A stretch of DNA of 64,000 nucleotides from Humisphaera sp. (GTDB taxonomy: Bacteria > Planctomycetota > Phycisphaerae > Tepidisphaerales > Tepidisphaeraceae), in assembly GCA_036276235.1 (NCBI GenBank), contig DATBDZ010000403.1, positions 7,100 to 71,099 on the forward strand, given 5' to 3'. Positions within the stretch are counted from its first letter, which is position 1. Each line of letters starts with the position of its first letter. The notes beneath the pieces were generated by a model. It was not told where the DNA came from. It saw nothing but the letters and a program-made list of their open reading frames with translations, and ran no database searches. The translations under genes were made by a program, and so were the position numbers. Of this stretch, positions 26,801 to 35,213 are shown one piece after another.

Positions 26801-26959
26801 GAGCATCGGCCGCTGGCGCTTGGCAGCGTCCTTATATCCTTCGTCCAGCGTCGCCAGCCACGTCACTGATGCGGGCGCGGTCGTCGGCGCCGCCGGCTGA
26901 GTTTGCGCAAGTGCCGGCGCTGTGCAAAGAACAAGCGCAAGCAACATCAGAAACTTCAT
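23810..26959 (-). CDS. secreted thioredoxin-domain / HEAT-repeat protein
   Basis: Signal peptide (MKFLMLLALVLCTAPALAQ). Thioredoxin motif LVIYGADWCVPCRELQ. About 900 aa of HEAT/armadillo-like helical repeats follow (..DP.VR..A...L..). Confidence 0.8.
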   Translation of the reverse strand: MKFLMLLALVLCTAPALAQTQPAAPTTAPASVTWLATLDEGYKDAAKRQRPMLVIYGADWCVPCRELQKELDRAQVREKLSAWTLVHLDVDNPEPGAQPFTGPIPTLRSLTANGKSVSSHEGYFSADEFLRWLAQSAPQAGIIDPDLAATDAPDAAAVARLIAKLSGADAASGEVAAKRLAPWPDLAAAAVADAFANGNLRTRLATIDLLSQWGAPVNQIDPWDPASVTASRLDAIRKWAASAKRPTTQTSAPSQSELSAAQEDLASLLRATSPAEANVIRDRLARLGPALLPEIYQRLKQTSSDRDRQRLTALRYRLVCSDALALQWSGGLERLASVDAQIRRDAAEELAHRATAGDGRLLLEMFSDSDPLIREISLRGLQAVGGVDGTGALVGLLSDPVANVRAAVLKQLAESPAPPTTDAVIKYVATEKDPDLVVHAVRVFRAAKGDKAVTTLLGLLSHESWRVRAEAIDALATIYEDREGKKSKVSPEEVGAAIAKLLDDSDGFVAGRAMAAMKSLGGAESAQLLADAAKRHPELALQVVKQLTDPRHSDPASAEVLRAFCTHADPAVRATAVRGVANMAPKNCDKEIVAALNDKVAEVRVAGAEGIFHAIEQLRPEDGYIEKPSFFGFGGGRVKVDPNEWLEKFRSGTQRPSWLAQTIPNLQAMLKSDDPAQRLAAAMPLAALGSEDDALPIVTEAAKSVLASRQSATRLLPWLPWEKRLALFKTIASLANDDRTLDELAEGMSALSDPRAAEPLWDLLAQHNSKSLAGSIYSALNQIYFGQRYVTRNSLAPDDAKKVIEATKAKIASGSGQQRVVALALLLGVSAPDAAEQAKGIYEDQQANADFRAVAFQVILAAGPKADAQRAAIAALSAANPHARLLALRYLAEGPRATQELQEGIYLFNAVVDQESFVQSNQPVKFEPPPGLVAEPLMPLLGSTDREEAALAGYLLCLLGKHEGLAPLVEFHQASHDRNWDGPTRLLTRGISALDDDNQTPLLEQIYSSFNKEDFYMREFYWTIRGMHGTQILKLRKKIRDEVGMERLQ

Positions 26960-26988
26960 TTGACAGATTGCCATAGGGCGACATCTGC

Positions 26989-28359
26989 TCATGACTGCTC
27001 CTGTTGCTTGGTACTACCCACACGGGAGTCATTCACGCGTCCGTGCCGGATCTTTTCCCACTGCGCCGCGTAATCAAACGTCGGGCTGTTCTCCGCATCG
27101 TGGCATCGAACACACTGATTCTCGGCGGCGAAGGTGGTTCGCATCTTCGGATCGCGAGCGTGCGCCTGCGATGGGCCGTGACAACTTTCGCAGCCCACGT
27201 GTACGAGGCTCGGCGTTCGCCGCAACGAATCGAAGCCGCCGGGCATTCCGTAGCCGGTCGTGTGACATTGCAGGCAGTATGGATCCACCTGAAATCCGCG
27301 CGGCTTAAGCTCATCCCATGCGTGCGCGTGCTTTGATTGATTCCACGACCGCTCTTCGTCGCGATGACATGCCGCACAGGATTCGCTGCCCGCCACGCGA
27401 TAGTCGGCAGGCGCATTTGGAAGCAGCGGCCCGACCAGGCCGCTTTGCTCGGCGGAAAAATCCTTCTCGCCGATCGTTTGCAGATATTGCCGCAGATTCG
27501 CCAACTGAGTTGGATCGTCCGCCAGTGAAGGATCCATCTCGGCGACTTTTCCTTTCCAGCGCTGCGACGAATCCTTGGGAGGGACGTCGAGCTGAATCAG
27601 AAACTTTCCCTTGTTGGTGGCCGCGGCAACCAGAACCGGGCCAGCCTCTTTTGGCGAGATCGCCTGCCCGGTATGCCCGCCGATGATGGCGTCTGCCTCG
27701 GGAACATCGATCGCCAGTTGCGCAAGCTCGCGCTCGGATACGTATGCCAGCACGACCGCTGAATTGTAAGTTCCCTTCATTGCCGCCAGCGTCGAAATGA
27801 TCGCCGGGCGCGGCTCATCTATATGAACCTCGCTCGTCGCAAAACTTTGCGACAGCACGCCGATCAAAGCGACACGTCGGCCTTGTACATTCACCATCCG
27901 CGCGGCCGGAGCGATCAGATGGCCGTCACTGTCCTTCGCATTGGCGGAAACGAGAGGTGTCTTAAGGCGTGTCGCCAGATCGCGCAGGTAGGCCGGCCCG
28001 AGCCGCGCTTCCGGCCCACCGATGTTGTGTGCCGCCAGTCCCATTTCCTGCTCACCCAAAATGACCGCTTCGAATTTGGCCCGTTGATACGGCGAATCGC
28101 CGGCCGGCGCGCCGCCGACGTCGGCATAAATCACATTGCTGTTTTCAGAACGTAGTTGTCGCAGAAAAGTTCCGCGCCGCAGGAGGCCGCCCGATTGATT
28201 GGCGGTACAGCCGCACGGCGTAATCCAGCCCGCCGTGTCACCGGAGATGACGAGGATCGGCGCTGCCGCTGACGACGCCGCGACGTGACGATGTGCGCCC
28301 CACCAGAGCGCCCAAGCGCCTGCACCGAGAATCAGGATGATCAGAGCCACAGTTTTCAC
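26989..28359 (-). CDS. membrane-anchored protein: degenerate metallophosphoesterase-like domain + tetrahaem cytochrome c domain
   Basis: N-terminal TM helix. Four CxxCH motifs (CAACH, CLQCH, CESCH, CVRCH) in the last ~120 aa. The N-domain has SGDTAGWITPCGC and IIGGHTGQ where calcineurin-like enzymes have GDxHG and GGHSH. GTG start. Confidence 0.8.
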   Translation of the reverse strand: MKTVALIILILGAGAWALWWGAHRHVAASSAAAPILVISGDTAGWITPCGCTANQSGGLLRRGTFLRQLRSENSNVIYADVGGAPAGDSPYQRAKFEAVILGEQEMGLAAHNIGGPEARLGPAYLRDLATRLKTPLVSANAKDSDGHLIAPAARMVNVQGRRVALIGVLSQSFATSEVHIDEPRPAIISTLAAMKGTYNSAVVLAYVSERELAQLAIDVPEADAIIGGHTGQAISPKEAGPVLVAAATNKGKFLIQLDVPPKDSSQRWKGKVAEMDPSLADDPTQLANLRQYLQTIGEKDFSAEQSGLVGPLLPNAPADYRVAGSESCAACHRDEERSWNQSKHAHAWDELKPRGFQVDPYCLQCHTTGYGMPGGFDSLRRTPSLVHVGCESCHGPSQAHARDPKMRTTFAAENQCVRCHDAENSPTFDYAAQWEKIRHGRVNDSRVGSTKQQEQS

Positions 28360-28459
28360 CCTGGCCCCCGCGCCCGCATCCGCCAGCTAATCACCATCGT
28401 CGTATTGTTTAACTCGCGAGGCTCGTTAAGCGGAGGGGTCACCAGCGCCCCGCACATCC

Positions 28460-28712
28460 TCGAAGCACGAGAACGGCGGGCAGTGCCCGCCCTACGGGCG
28501 AATGCGGCGCGTAGGGCGGGCACTGCCCGCCGCAGTTTCAGAGCACGTACTCGCAAGCTCGGGCCACTTCGCGCGAACGGGCAATCGCAAGCCCATGCCA
28601 CCCAAAATGACTCATGACCACAGAATTGGGTGGCATGGGCTCGCGACAGCGTGCCCGTGGCGTCTTTCATGCTTCGAGCGTGCGCCTTCCGCACGTGACC
28701 ACTCAGCATGAC
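28460..28712. repeat. composite hairpin-repeat cluster (copy 1)
   Basis: 22-bp hairpin GGCGGGCAGTGCCCGCCCTACG / CGTAGGGCGGGCACTGCCCGCC (28475-28531). GTACTCGCAAGCTCGGGCCACTTCGCGCGAACGGGC module. 15-bp hairpin at 28591-28640. CTCAGCATGAC end at 28702-28712. Confidence 0.9.
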
Positions 28713-28770
28713 AGGTTCCGACACGAGGAAAATTGAAGTGATGTCGACCAATTGGGTTACCAAACTTGCG

Positions 28771-29559
28771 CTAGTACAACAGCGCGTAAGCCAGAATATT
28801 CACATTGATCTGCGCACAGTTGGTGATCTCATTTCCGCCGCAGCAGCAGCAGCCGGTGGTGTGGGCGGTGTCGTTGAGGCCATCGACGGAGTAGATCACG
28901 CCGACGCGGCCCTGGATCGAAACCGCCTCCAGCGGGCGCGGCGTGCTGTGCAGACCCTTCAACTCCGTCACATCGTAAACCGTGTGAAAAATCGGATGGT
29001 CCATCGTCAGGCTCGCCAGCGGATGATCTGGAAAGACCTTGGCCATCTCCGCGCGGAATGAGCGGTCCCAATCGGGCGAGGAGCAGCCGGAAGAGGCAAG
29101 CAGCAGCCCGCCATGCTCGACATATTTGCGAAGATTCTGCCGCTCGGCGTCGGGCAGATCGAAGGAGCCTTCCCCGGTCATGATGACCAGCGGAAACTCA
29201 AACAACTCCGGCGAGGAAAGCTTCACCGCGTGAAATCGGCGGCTGGTGGAGATGGACGAATTCTTTTCCGTGTCGATCAGGAAATGATCGGAAAAACAGG
29301 TGCTGCTTTTGGTGCCGGCGTAAACGAGATTGGCCACCTGAACCACGCTCTCGGATTCCCCGCCCGGCTGGCGTGGTTCAGGGACATCGGTCTTGGCGGC
29401 CGTCGCGCCGCGCGCGCCATTATCAGCGCTGGCGGCATTCTTCGCCGGCTCCTGGGCCTCGACGATGCTCAAGCCAACGAGCAGCGCCACCGCGGCGACG
29501 AACGCCAGCCGCAATCGGATTGATCGATCAGGATTCTGGTTGCGTGTTTGTGACATCAT
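28771..29559 (-). CDS. DUF4159 domain protein
   Basis: Signal anchor. FPLVIMTGEGSF, GGLLLASSGCSS and the C-terminal GCCCCGGNEITNCAQINVNILAYALLY are typical of DUF4159. Confidence 0.85.
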   Translation of the reverse strand: MMSQTRNQNPDRSIRLRLAFVAAVALLVGLSIVEAQEPAKNAASADNGARGATAAKTDVPEPRQPGGESESVVQVANLVYAGTKSSTCFSDHFLIDTEKNSSISTSRRFHAVKLSSPELFEFPLVIMTGEGSFDLPDAERQNLRKYVEHGGLLLASSGCSSPDWDRSFRAEMAKVFPDHPLASLTMDHPIFHTVYDVTELKGLHSTPRPLEAVSIQGRVGVIYSVDGLNDTAHTTGCCCCGGNEITNCAQINVNILAYALLY

Positions 29560-29609
29560 GAGAACTCCGAGTGACTTACTGAAAACCGGGAACGCTGTTT
29601 CGAGCGACC

Positions 29610-29795
29610 GTCATGCTGAGGGGCCATGTGCCTGCGGCACACCCGCGAAGCATGAAAACGGCGGGCAGTGCCCGCCCTACGATTGAACGCGGCGCGTAGG
29701 GCGGGCACTGCTCGCCGCATCTTCAGAGACGGTACTCACAAGCTCGGGCCATTTCGCGCGAATGGGCCAGATGCTTCGGAGTACCTCAGCATGAC
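29610..29795. repeat. composite hairpin-repeat cluster (copy 2, same orientation as copy 1)
   Basis: GTCATGCTGAGG (29610-29621). The same GCGGGCAGTGCCCGCCCTACG hairpin and GTACTCACAAGCTCGGGCCATTTCGCGCGAATGGGC module (29645-29767). CCAGATGCTTCGGAGTACCTCAGCATGAC (29767-29795). Confidence 0.9.
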
Positions 29796-29828
29796 GGCTA
29801 TCGATCATCCTGCGCTCCTCAGGTCGGC

Positions 29829-32669
29829 TCACTGCTGCGGCTTCTGATCCAACTCATCGGCGACGCGCTGAAAATATTCGCCGACGCGGCGTTGATAGCG
29901 CGGCGGAACGGCCGCATCGCTTTGCCCGCTGGCGCGGATGCGGGCCGGATCGCCGTTAGCCGAATCGAGCGGATCTTTGGCCGGACCATTGGCTTCGGAA
30001 CCGACGCCGCGCATCGCGCTGCCGCCGCGCGCGCCAGCCTGGCGGCCCTGTACGGGAATCTGCCCGTATAACCCGACGTTTCTCAGCGAACTTCGCCGCG
30101 CGCTATAGCCGCCGGACCCGCCCTGGCCGGAGCCGGGTTCTGCGCCTAAACCCGCCGCATCGAGCAGTTCCTGCACGGTGTTGCCCAAACCCGACGCCAG
30201 CTTGGGCTGAAACGCCAGCCCTTCGCCGGCCTTCTCTCCGACGCTCTGGCACTGGGCGATGAAGCTCTGGAGGGTTTCCGCGGCCGAGCGCGCCGCGATG
30301 TGCGCTCGCGTGCCGGAGAACTCGGCCAATCCTGATTCGGCGGCGGCCATCTGGTCGCCCGCCGCGCTCTTGCGCACGGCCGCGGCAAAAGTCTTGGCAG
30401 TTTGCCGCAGGTCATCCAGCTTCGTATCCGCCGGAAGCTCGGCGGTGTGATTCTCGATATCGTCCAGCAGTTGCCGCAGGTCTTCGCGCAAGCGCCGCTG
30501 CTCCCCTTCCAGATCGCGCATGCGCGACTTGAGATGCGGATCATCCTCCCCATCGTGATCGGTCAGCGCGTCCATCCGCTGGGCCAGATCATTCTGGCGC
30601 TGCCACAGGTCGATGAAGCGTGCCTCGTCTTCGATGAGGGGATAGATCTTTCCCAGATGTTCCAGCGGATCGGTCGCCTCCTCCTTGAACTCCTTGCGCT
30701 GCGTCCCGAGTTTTTTGCGCGCCTCTTCCAGGCCATCCTTAGCGGCGCCGGCGGTCAGCCCCGGCCGGTTGGCCAGATCGCTCATGGCGCCGGCGGCATC
30801 GCTCATGGCCGCGGCGGTTTTGTTCAATTCTTCCTTGAGGGCGCGATCCAGATCGAACGGCAGATCTTCCGTCTTCAGCTTGGTCAGCGCATCCGCATCA
30901 GCCGCGAACTGCGCGGCGGCATTTTCAAGTTGCTGGCGCATCTCTTTGGAGATTTCGGAATTCGCATCCGCCTTCTCCAATGCTTTCTTGAGCTGATCGA
31001 TCTTCTCATTTGCCGCCTCCATGCGGCGAGACGCCTGCTCATATTTGGAAAGCAGCGTCTCCAGCCCCTCGCGCGCCAGAAGCATTTGCTGCATCTGCTC
31101 TTTGGAGACGATGTGAATCGTGACGATCGGGCTTTCCGATCCTTTTGACCCGGCCGGATCATTGTCCTCGACCCGCGCAAAGAGCTTCACCACATCGCCG
31201 GGGCTCAGCGCGTAAGCGGAAAGCGGGAGCGAAACCGATGCCGGCACACGCGTGTGCTCGGGCAGCGGCACCGGCACGACGGTCGAGCGCACGCGGGATT
31301 CATTGAGGCCGCGGAAAAGTTCCAGCCGCGAAACGCCGTAGTCATCTTCCGCCTGAATCTGCACGTCGAGCGCAACTTCCGGCGTGGCAAAAGACTCTGG
31401 CTGCGGCTGCATGATTCGCACAAACGGCCGCTCGTCGCGAAGAAGCTGGATCGACGCCGTGAACGAATCGGACGAAGCCTGCCCATCGACATCGGCAACT
31501 TTCAGATTCAGCCGGCCCGATTGCCGTACGACAAACGCCGCCGTGACACTGGTCGCGCCGCGATCGACCGACTTCATGGCAAAGGAACTGCGCTGCACAG
31601 GCTGAGTCGAGGGCAATGGTGCGGGTGAACTCTCTTCCGATGCGACGCCTTGAGGCGCATCGGTCTCAATCATTCCAGATCCGAGCGGCCGGTTGCTCTG
31701 CGCCCACAACTGAACGGTGCTGCCCGGCAGCGCCGAGATGCCGCCCGCGGGAATGGGGCCTTCGATCGGCGGACGATGCGTATAGGCCGGCGGCGTCAGA
31801 CGAAAGCGGACCGATTCGATCCGCGGCGTGGTGATGACGCTGATTTCAAATTTGCGTGACCGCGCTGCGCCGGAGCGAACGAAATATTTAGAGGGTGCCG
31901 TCACGTTGGCGACGGTCGCGTGCCATTTGCCATGATCTTCCGGAAACATCGGCAGCGATTCCTGGCCGCCGCCGTCGGGCGCGATCAGGACGATCTCGGC
32001 GCTTTCCACGGGAACATCGCCGGTCGTGGCGCGGATATCGAGCACTCCGCCGTAAAGGACCTTCGCATCGCCGGGCGTGACGGTGAACTCAATCGGCGAA
32101 TACGGGGGATGATCGCCGTACGGGTCGGCAAAGCGATCCCATTCGGTGGCAACCAGGCGCGGCGCGCTGACCGAAAGCAGGAGGACAGCCGCGGCGATCG
32201 CGCCCAACGCGATCAAAGATCGATAGAGCGGCCGCAGCGGCGCCGCGGCAGGAGGACCGATAGTTCGCGCGATGCTGGCGGCACGTTCGACGGCAAGGCG
32301 CGCCATGCCGGCGGTCACCCCGCCGCCCGCGCCGGCTGCCAGCACGCCGGGCATCAAATCGATTCCTGAAAGAATCTGCCCCTGCGCATCGGCAAGCCGA
32401 TCAAGCCGGCGCGCCAGCGCGCCGGTCGCGCTTTGTTGCCAGGTCCGCAATGCCACGCGCCCGACGATCAGCAATCCAAATCCAGCGGCGACTGCCGTCG
32501 CGGCCAGGCGCACTCCCGGTGCTAAATCAACTGCAAGATCGATCCACATCAACCCGATGAGCAGGAGCGCGGCGGCGATCAGCCCCCACCCCGCCGACGC
32601 GCCCAGGCCGATGGCCAGCAATCGCCGCCGAATCTCATGCAGCCGATGATGCAGGGATCGATCGTTCAT
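29829..32669 (-). CDS. large membrane-anchored coiled-coil protein, DUF4175-like (tentative)
   Basis: N-terminal TM pair, beta-rich middle, and a long charged coiled-coil region. C-terminus PPRYQRRVGEYFQRVADEL. ATG 32669 chosen because the longer ORF overlaps the upstream gene's stop at 32680. Confidence 0.7.
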   Translation of the reverse strand: MNDRSLHHRLHEIRRRLLAIGLGASAGWGLIAAALLLIGLMWIDLAVDLAPGVRLAATAVAAGFGLLIVGRVALRTWQQSATGALARRLDRLADAQGQILSGIDLMPGVLAAGAGGGVTAGMARLAVERAASIARTIGPPAAAPLRPLYRSLIALGAIAAAVLLLSVSAPRLVATEWDRFADPYGDHPPYSPIEFTVTPGDAKVLYGGVLDIRATTGDVPVESAEIVLIAPDGGGQESLPMFPEDHGKWHATVANVTAPSKYFVRSGAARSRKFEISVITTPRIESVRFRLTPPAYTHRPPIEGPIPAGGISALPGSTVQLWAQSNRPLGSGMIETDAPQGVASEESSPAPLPSTQPVQRSSFAMKSVDRGATSVTAAFVVRQSGRLNLKVADVDGQASSDSFTASIQLLRDERPFVRIMQPQPESFATPEVALDVQIQAEDDYGVSRLELFRGLNESRVRSTVVPVPLPEHTRVPASVSLPLSAYALSPGDVVKLFARVEDNDPAGSKGSESPIVTIHIVSKEQMQQMLLAREGLETLLSKYEQASRRMEAANEKIDQLKKALEKADANSEISKEMRQQLENAAAQFAADADALTKLKTEDLPFDLDRALKEELNKTAAAMSDAAGAMSDLANRPGLTAGAAKDGLEEARKKLGTQRKEFKEEATDPLEHLGKIYPLIEDEARFIDLWQRQNDLAQRMDALTDHDGEDDPHLKSRMRDLEGEQRRLREDLRQLLDDIENHTAELPADTKLDDLRQTAKTFAAAVRKSAAGDQMAAAESGLAEFSGTRAHIAARSAAETLQSFIAQCQSVGEKAGEGLAFQPKLASGLGNTVQELLDAAGLGAEPGSGQGGSGGYSARRSSLRNVGLYGQIPVQGRQAGARGGSAMRGVGSEANGPAKDPLDSANGDPARIRASGQSDAAVPPRYQRRVGEYFQRVADELDQKPQQ

Positions 32670-32679
32670 AGACTCACCA

Positions 32680-34989
32680 TTAAACCAATCCGCCCGACCG
32701 ACGCAGCCACCAGGACGCCGTCCATGCGCAGAGCACAATCGCCAGCACCCACCACCGATCCCACACGCTGGAGCGCTCAAAGCGCGGCGGATGGGCCCGC
32801 GCCAGATGCTCGGAGAATCGCGATGATAATTCGCGGACCGGATCTCCGCCCAGCGCCGCGCCGCCGGTGTCGTCGGCGATGCGCTGCATGAGATCGGGCC
32901 GCGCTTTTACGTCCAGCTCTTCCTCGCCGAAGCGGCGGACGTCAAAGACGGTTCGGCTGAAGGGATCTTCCGGGCCGGCCCCTGCCACCCGAACGCGATA
33001 GCGGCCTTCGGGCAGCTTGCCGAAATTGGCCCGAAAAACGCCCGGCTCGTCGGCCACCGCAACCGGCGCGAAGGATGCTTCAGGTCCGCCCGATTCGGAT
33101 GTGAGCATCACCGCCGGCGGCGCGCCTTTGAGCGATTCTTCGCGCACCAGCATATTCACGGCGGCCGGTTCTTCAGTGCTGAAGCTCATCTTCTGGGCCC
33201 GCAAGCTCAGGCGCTGGCCGGGCATCAAGCCGGTGCCGGAGACGAGCCAGCGCAGCATGCTGTGCCACAGCGCATCGTAGACTTCCTCCTGCTTTTGAAA
33301 CTCTGGAGGAAGAAATGCCCATCGCCACATGCCCGCGCCTTCGATGACGACGACGCGGCCCGCGCCGTAGGTTTGATAAACAACCGCCGGCGCGGCTTCA
33401 CCTGAACCCGCCGACAGCGAGCTAGCCAGCACGACCGCCAGCGGCTTGGAACGCTGTGGCTGCGCGGCGTGCGCCAGAGTCGGCATGCGCGCCAGCGTAT
33501 CCTGATCGGGCGCGCCGGTTTCCAGATCGGTCAGCCAGTGAAGATCGTGTCCCTGGCTGGTCATCTGCACGCGAAATCGCGATTCGGGGGACGATGTCCA
33601 TTTGACCGGCAGCAGGCGGGCCAATCGTTCGCTGTTTTGCGAGGTCGGAGAGCCGCGATAGCAAACCAGCGAGCCACCGCTTTTGGCGATCCAGTTTTGC
33701 AGATTCGCGATCGCGGCCTCGGTGAGAAATGGCTCGGCGTCGCGCCCGAGCACGATAATCTGGTAATGGCTCAATGCATCGGCGCTGGCCAGCGCAAGCG
33801 AAGGATCGGTGACAACTTTCCATTTCTCCGTGCGCAAGCTCGCCGGGGCGGCGGCTGGTGCAACGCTTTGCGTGACGTTTTGGGTTGTGCTCTGCGTGGC
33901 CGGCCCCTGCTCACCGCGGCTGATCGTCCGCCACATGATGCGGCCATCGGTCACCCGCACCGCGCTATCCAATTCCACCGCCGGCACTTCCGTCAGCGTG
34001 CGAAGCAAGAATTTGGAATCCCAATACGGCTTACCTTCGATCTGCAGGATGCGAATCGGTTCATCGAGCACGCGCAGCAGATATGAAGCCGCGTTGTTGG
34101 CGGAGGTCAGCTCGCCGGGAAGCGGCGAGACGCGCAGCTCATACGGATAAACGCCGATCTTGTCGCGGCTGACCCAGAAATGAACCTCCGCCGGCAGATC
34201 GCCCACGATATCCGCCTGCTGACGCGCGACTTCCTTTCCATCCTCAAGCAGCACGACATCCGGATGCGCGCCAACGAGGCCGACGTGCGAGACGCGCGCC
34301 GTCACCAGCACCTTCTGCCCGACAAACGCGATATCCTGGACCGAGCGCATCTCGATTCCCAGATCAAATCCACCAGCATCGCCGCCGTAGGTTTTCGTGT
34401 AGATCGGGGAGCCCATCGCCCGCGCCAGCCGCGCGGCGTCGAGCACGTTGCTGATCGTGCCGGCGTTGTGCGCGCCGTCGCTGAGCAGCGCAACCGCCTG
34501 CCCTTGCGGGCGCTCTTCATCGAGACACGCCGCGATGGCCGCGGAAATATCCGTCAGATGGCCGGTCGGTTGCGCGGTGGAGAGATTGGCGATATCCGAA
34601 GCCGCGACGCTGCCGGTGAAGGTGCGAATCCGCAGATCAAAGCGGTCGGAGAGCTGGCCATAGAGTTTGCCGGCGGCGCTGGCCGCGGCTTGATATCGCG
34701 TCTGCCCGCCCGCATCAGGCGTATTCATGCTGCCGCTGGAATCGACCAAAAGCGTGAGCAGCGACTTGCCCGCCGGCGGTGGAAGCTGCCGCACGCGCGT
34801 CGGATTCAGCAGCAGGAGCAACACGAGCGCCACCGCCAGCGACATCAGCGCCATGATCACCGCCCAACGAGGGCGAGTGACCACCGCCGGCCGCCGCCGC
34901 GAATACCACGCCAGCAGCAGCACGGCGGCAAGGAGCAATCCCAGCCACAGCGAGGAAGGGATCAGAGATTCAACGCTCCAGCGATTCAT
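32680..34989 (-). CDS. membrane vWA-domain protein with C-terminal amidotransferase-like region (Bat-cluster type)
   Basis: TM helices, then the MIDAS-like LLTLLVDSSGSMN, a later VVIEGAGMWRW block and a C-terminal TM. ATG 34989. Confidence 0.8.
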   Translation of the reverse strand: MNRWSVESLIPSSLWLGLLLAAVLLLAWYSRRRPAVVTRPRWAVIMALMSLAVALVLLLLLNPTRVRQLPPPAGKSLLTLLVDSSGSMNTPDAGGQTRYQAAASAAGKLYGQLSDRFDLRIRTFTGSVAASDIANLSTAQPTGHLTDISAAIAACLDEERPQGQAVALLSDGAHNAGTISNVLDAARLARAMGSPIYTKTYGGDAGGFDLGIEMRSVQDIAFVGQKVLVTARVSHVGLVGAHPDVVLLEDGKEVARQQADIVGDLPAEVHFWVSRDKIGVYPYELRVSPLPGELTSANNAASYLLRVLDEPIRILQIEGKPYWDSKFLLRTLTEVPAVELDSAVRVTDGRIMWRTISRGEQGPATQSTTQNVTQSVAPAAAPASLRTEKWKVVTDPSLALASADALSHYQIIVLGRDAEPFLTEAAIANLQNWIAKSGGSLVCYRGSPTSQNSERLARLLPVKWTSSPESRFRVQMTSQGHDLHWLTDLETGAPDQDTLARMPTLAHAAQPQRSKPLAVVLASSLSAGSGEAAPAVVYQTYGAGRVVVIEGAGMWRWAFLPPEFQKQEEVYDALWHSMLRWLVSGTGLMPGQRLSLRAQKMSFSTEEPAAVNMLVREESLKGAPPAVMLTSESGGPEASFAPVAVADEPGVFRANFGKLPEGRYRVRVAGAGPEDPFSRTVFDVRRFGEEELDVKARPDLMQRIADDTGGAALGGDPVRELSSRFSEHLARAHPPRFERSSVWDRWWVLAIVLCAWTASWWLRRSGGLV

Positions 34990-34997
34990 GTCGGAAT

Positions 34998-35031
34998 GGG
35001 TTTCGGGTTTCGAGTTTCGGGTTTCAGGTTC
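34998..35031 (-). repeat. GAAACCC-type heptamer array immediately upstream of the 34989 start
   Basis: Minus strand reads gaacct gaaaccc gaaactc gaaaccc gaaaccc attccgac ATG. Confidence 0.9.
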
Positions 35032-35079
35032 TGCCGCCCATGAGTCGGCGTCAGCGATCGAATTCCAAATTGAAGAACC

Positions 35080-35154
35080 GTCATGCTGAGGTACTCCGAA
35101 GCATCTGGCTGGCTTGCGAGAATGTGCCAGAGCTTGCGAGTACCTCAGGATGAC
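35080..35154. repeat. GTCATGCTGAGGTACTCCGAAGCATCTGG...CCTCAGGATGAC palindromic element
   Basis: Same terminal arms as 57547-57622 and as the half-sites at 29610, 29767, 28700 and 38240. Confidence 0.9.
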
Positions 35155-35213
35155 AACGCTTGACATTCATAACTGGACCACGCCTGTTCTTGCGTTTGTG
35201 ATTCGAATCCGGA

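Noticed and set aside
32680-35166. 828-aa version of the vWA gene, and the 983-aa version of the 29829 gene
   Set aside because: The upstream extensions are translated from repeat elements (..EPETRNSKPETH..) or overlap the preceding gene's stop. Internal ATGs at 34989 and 32669 fit better.
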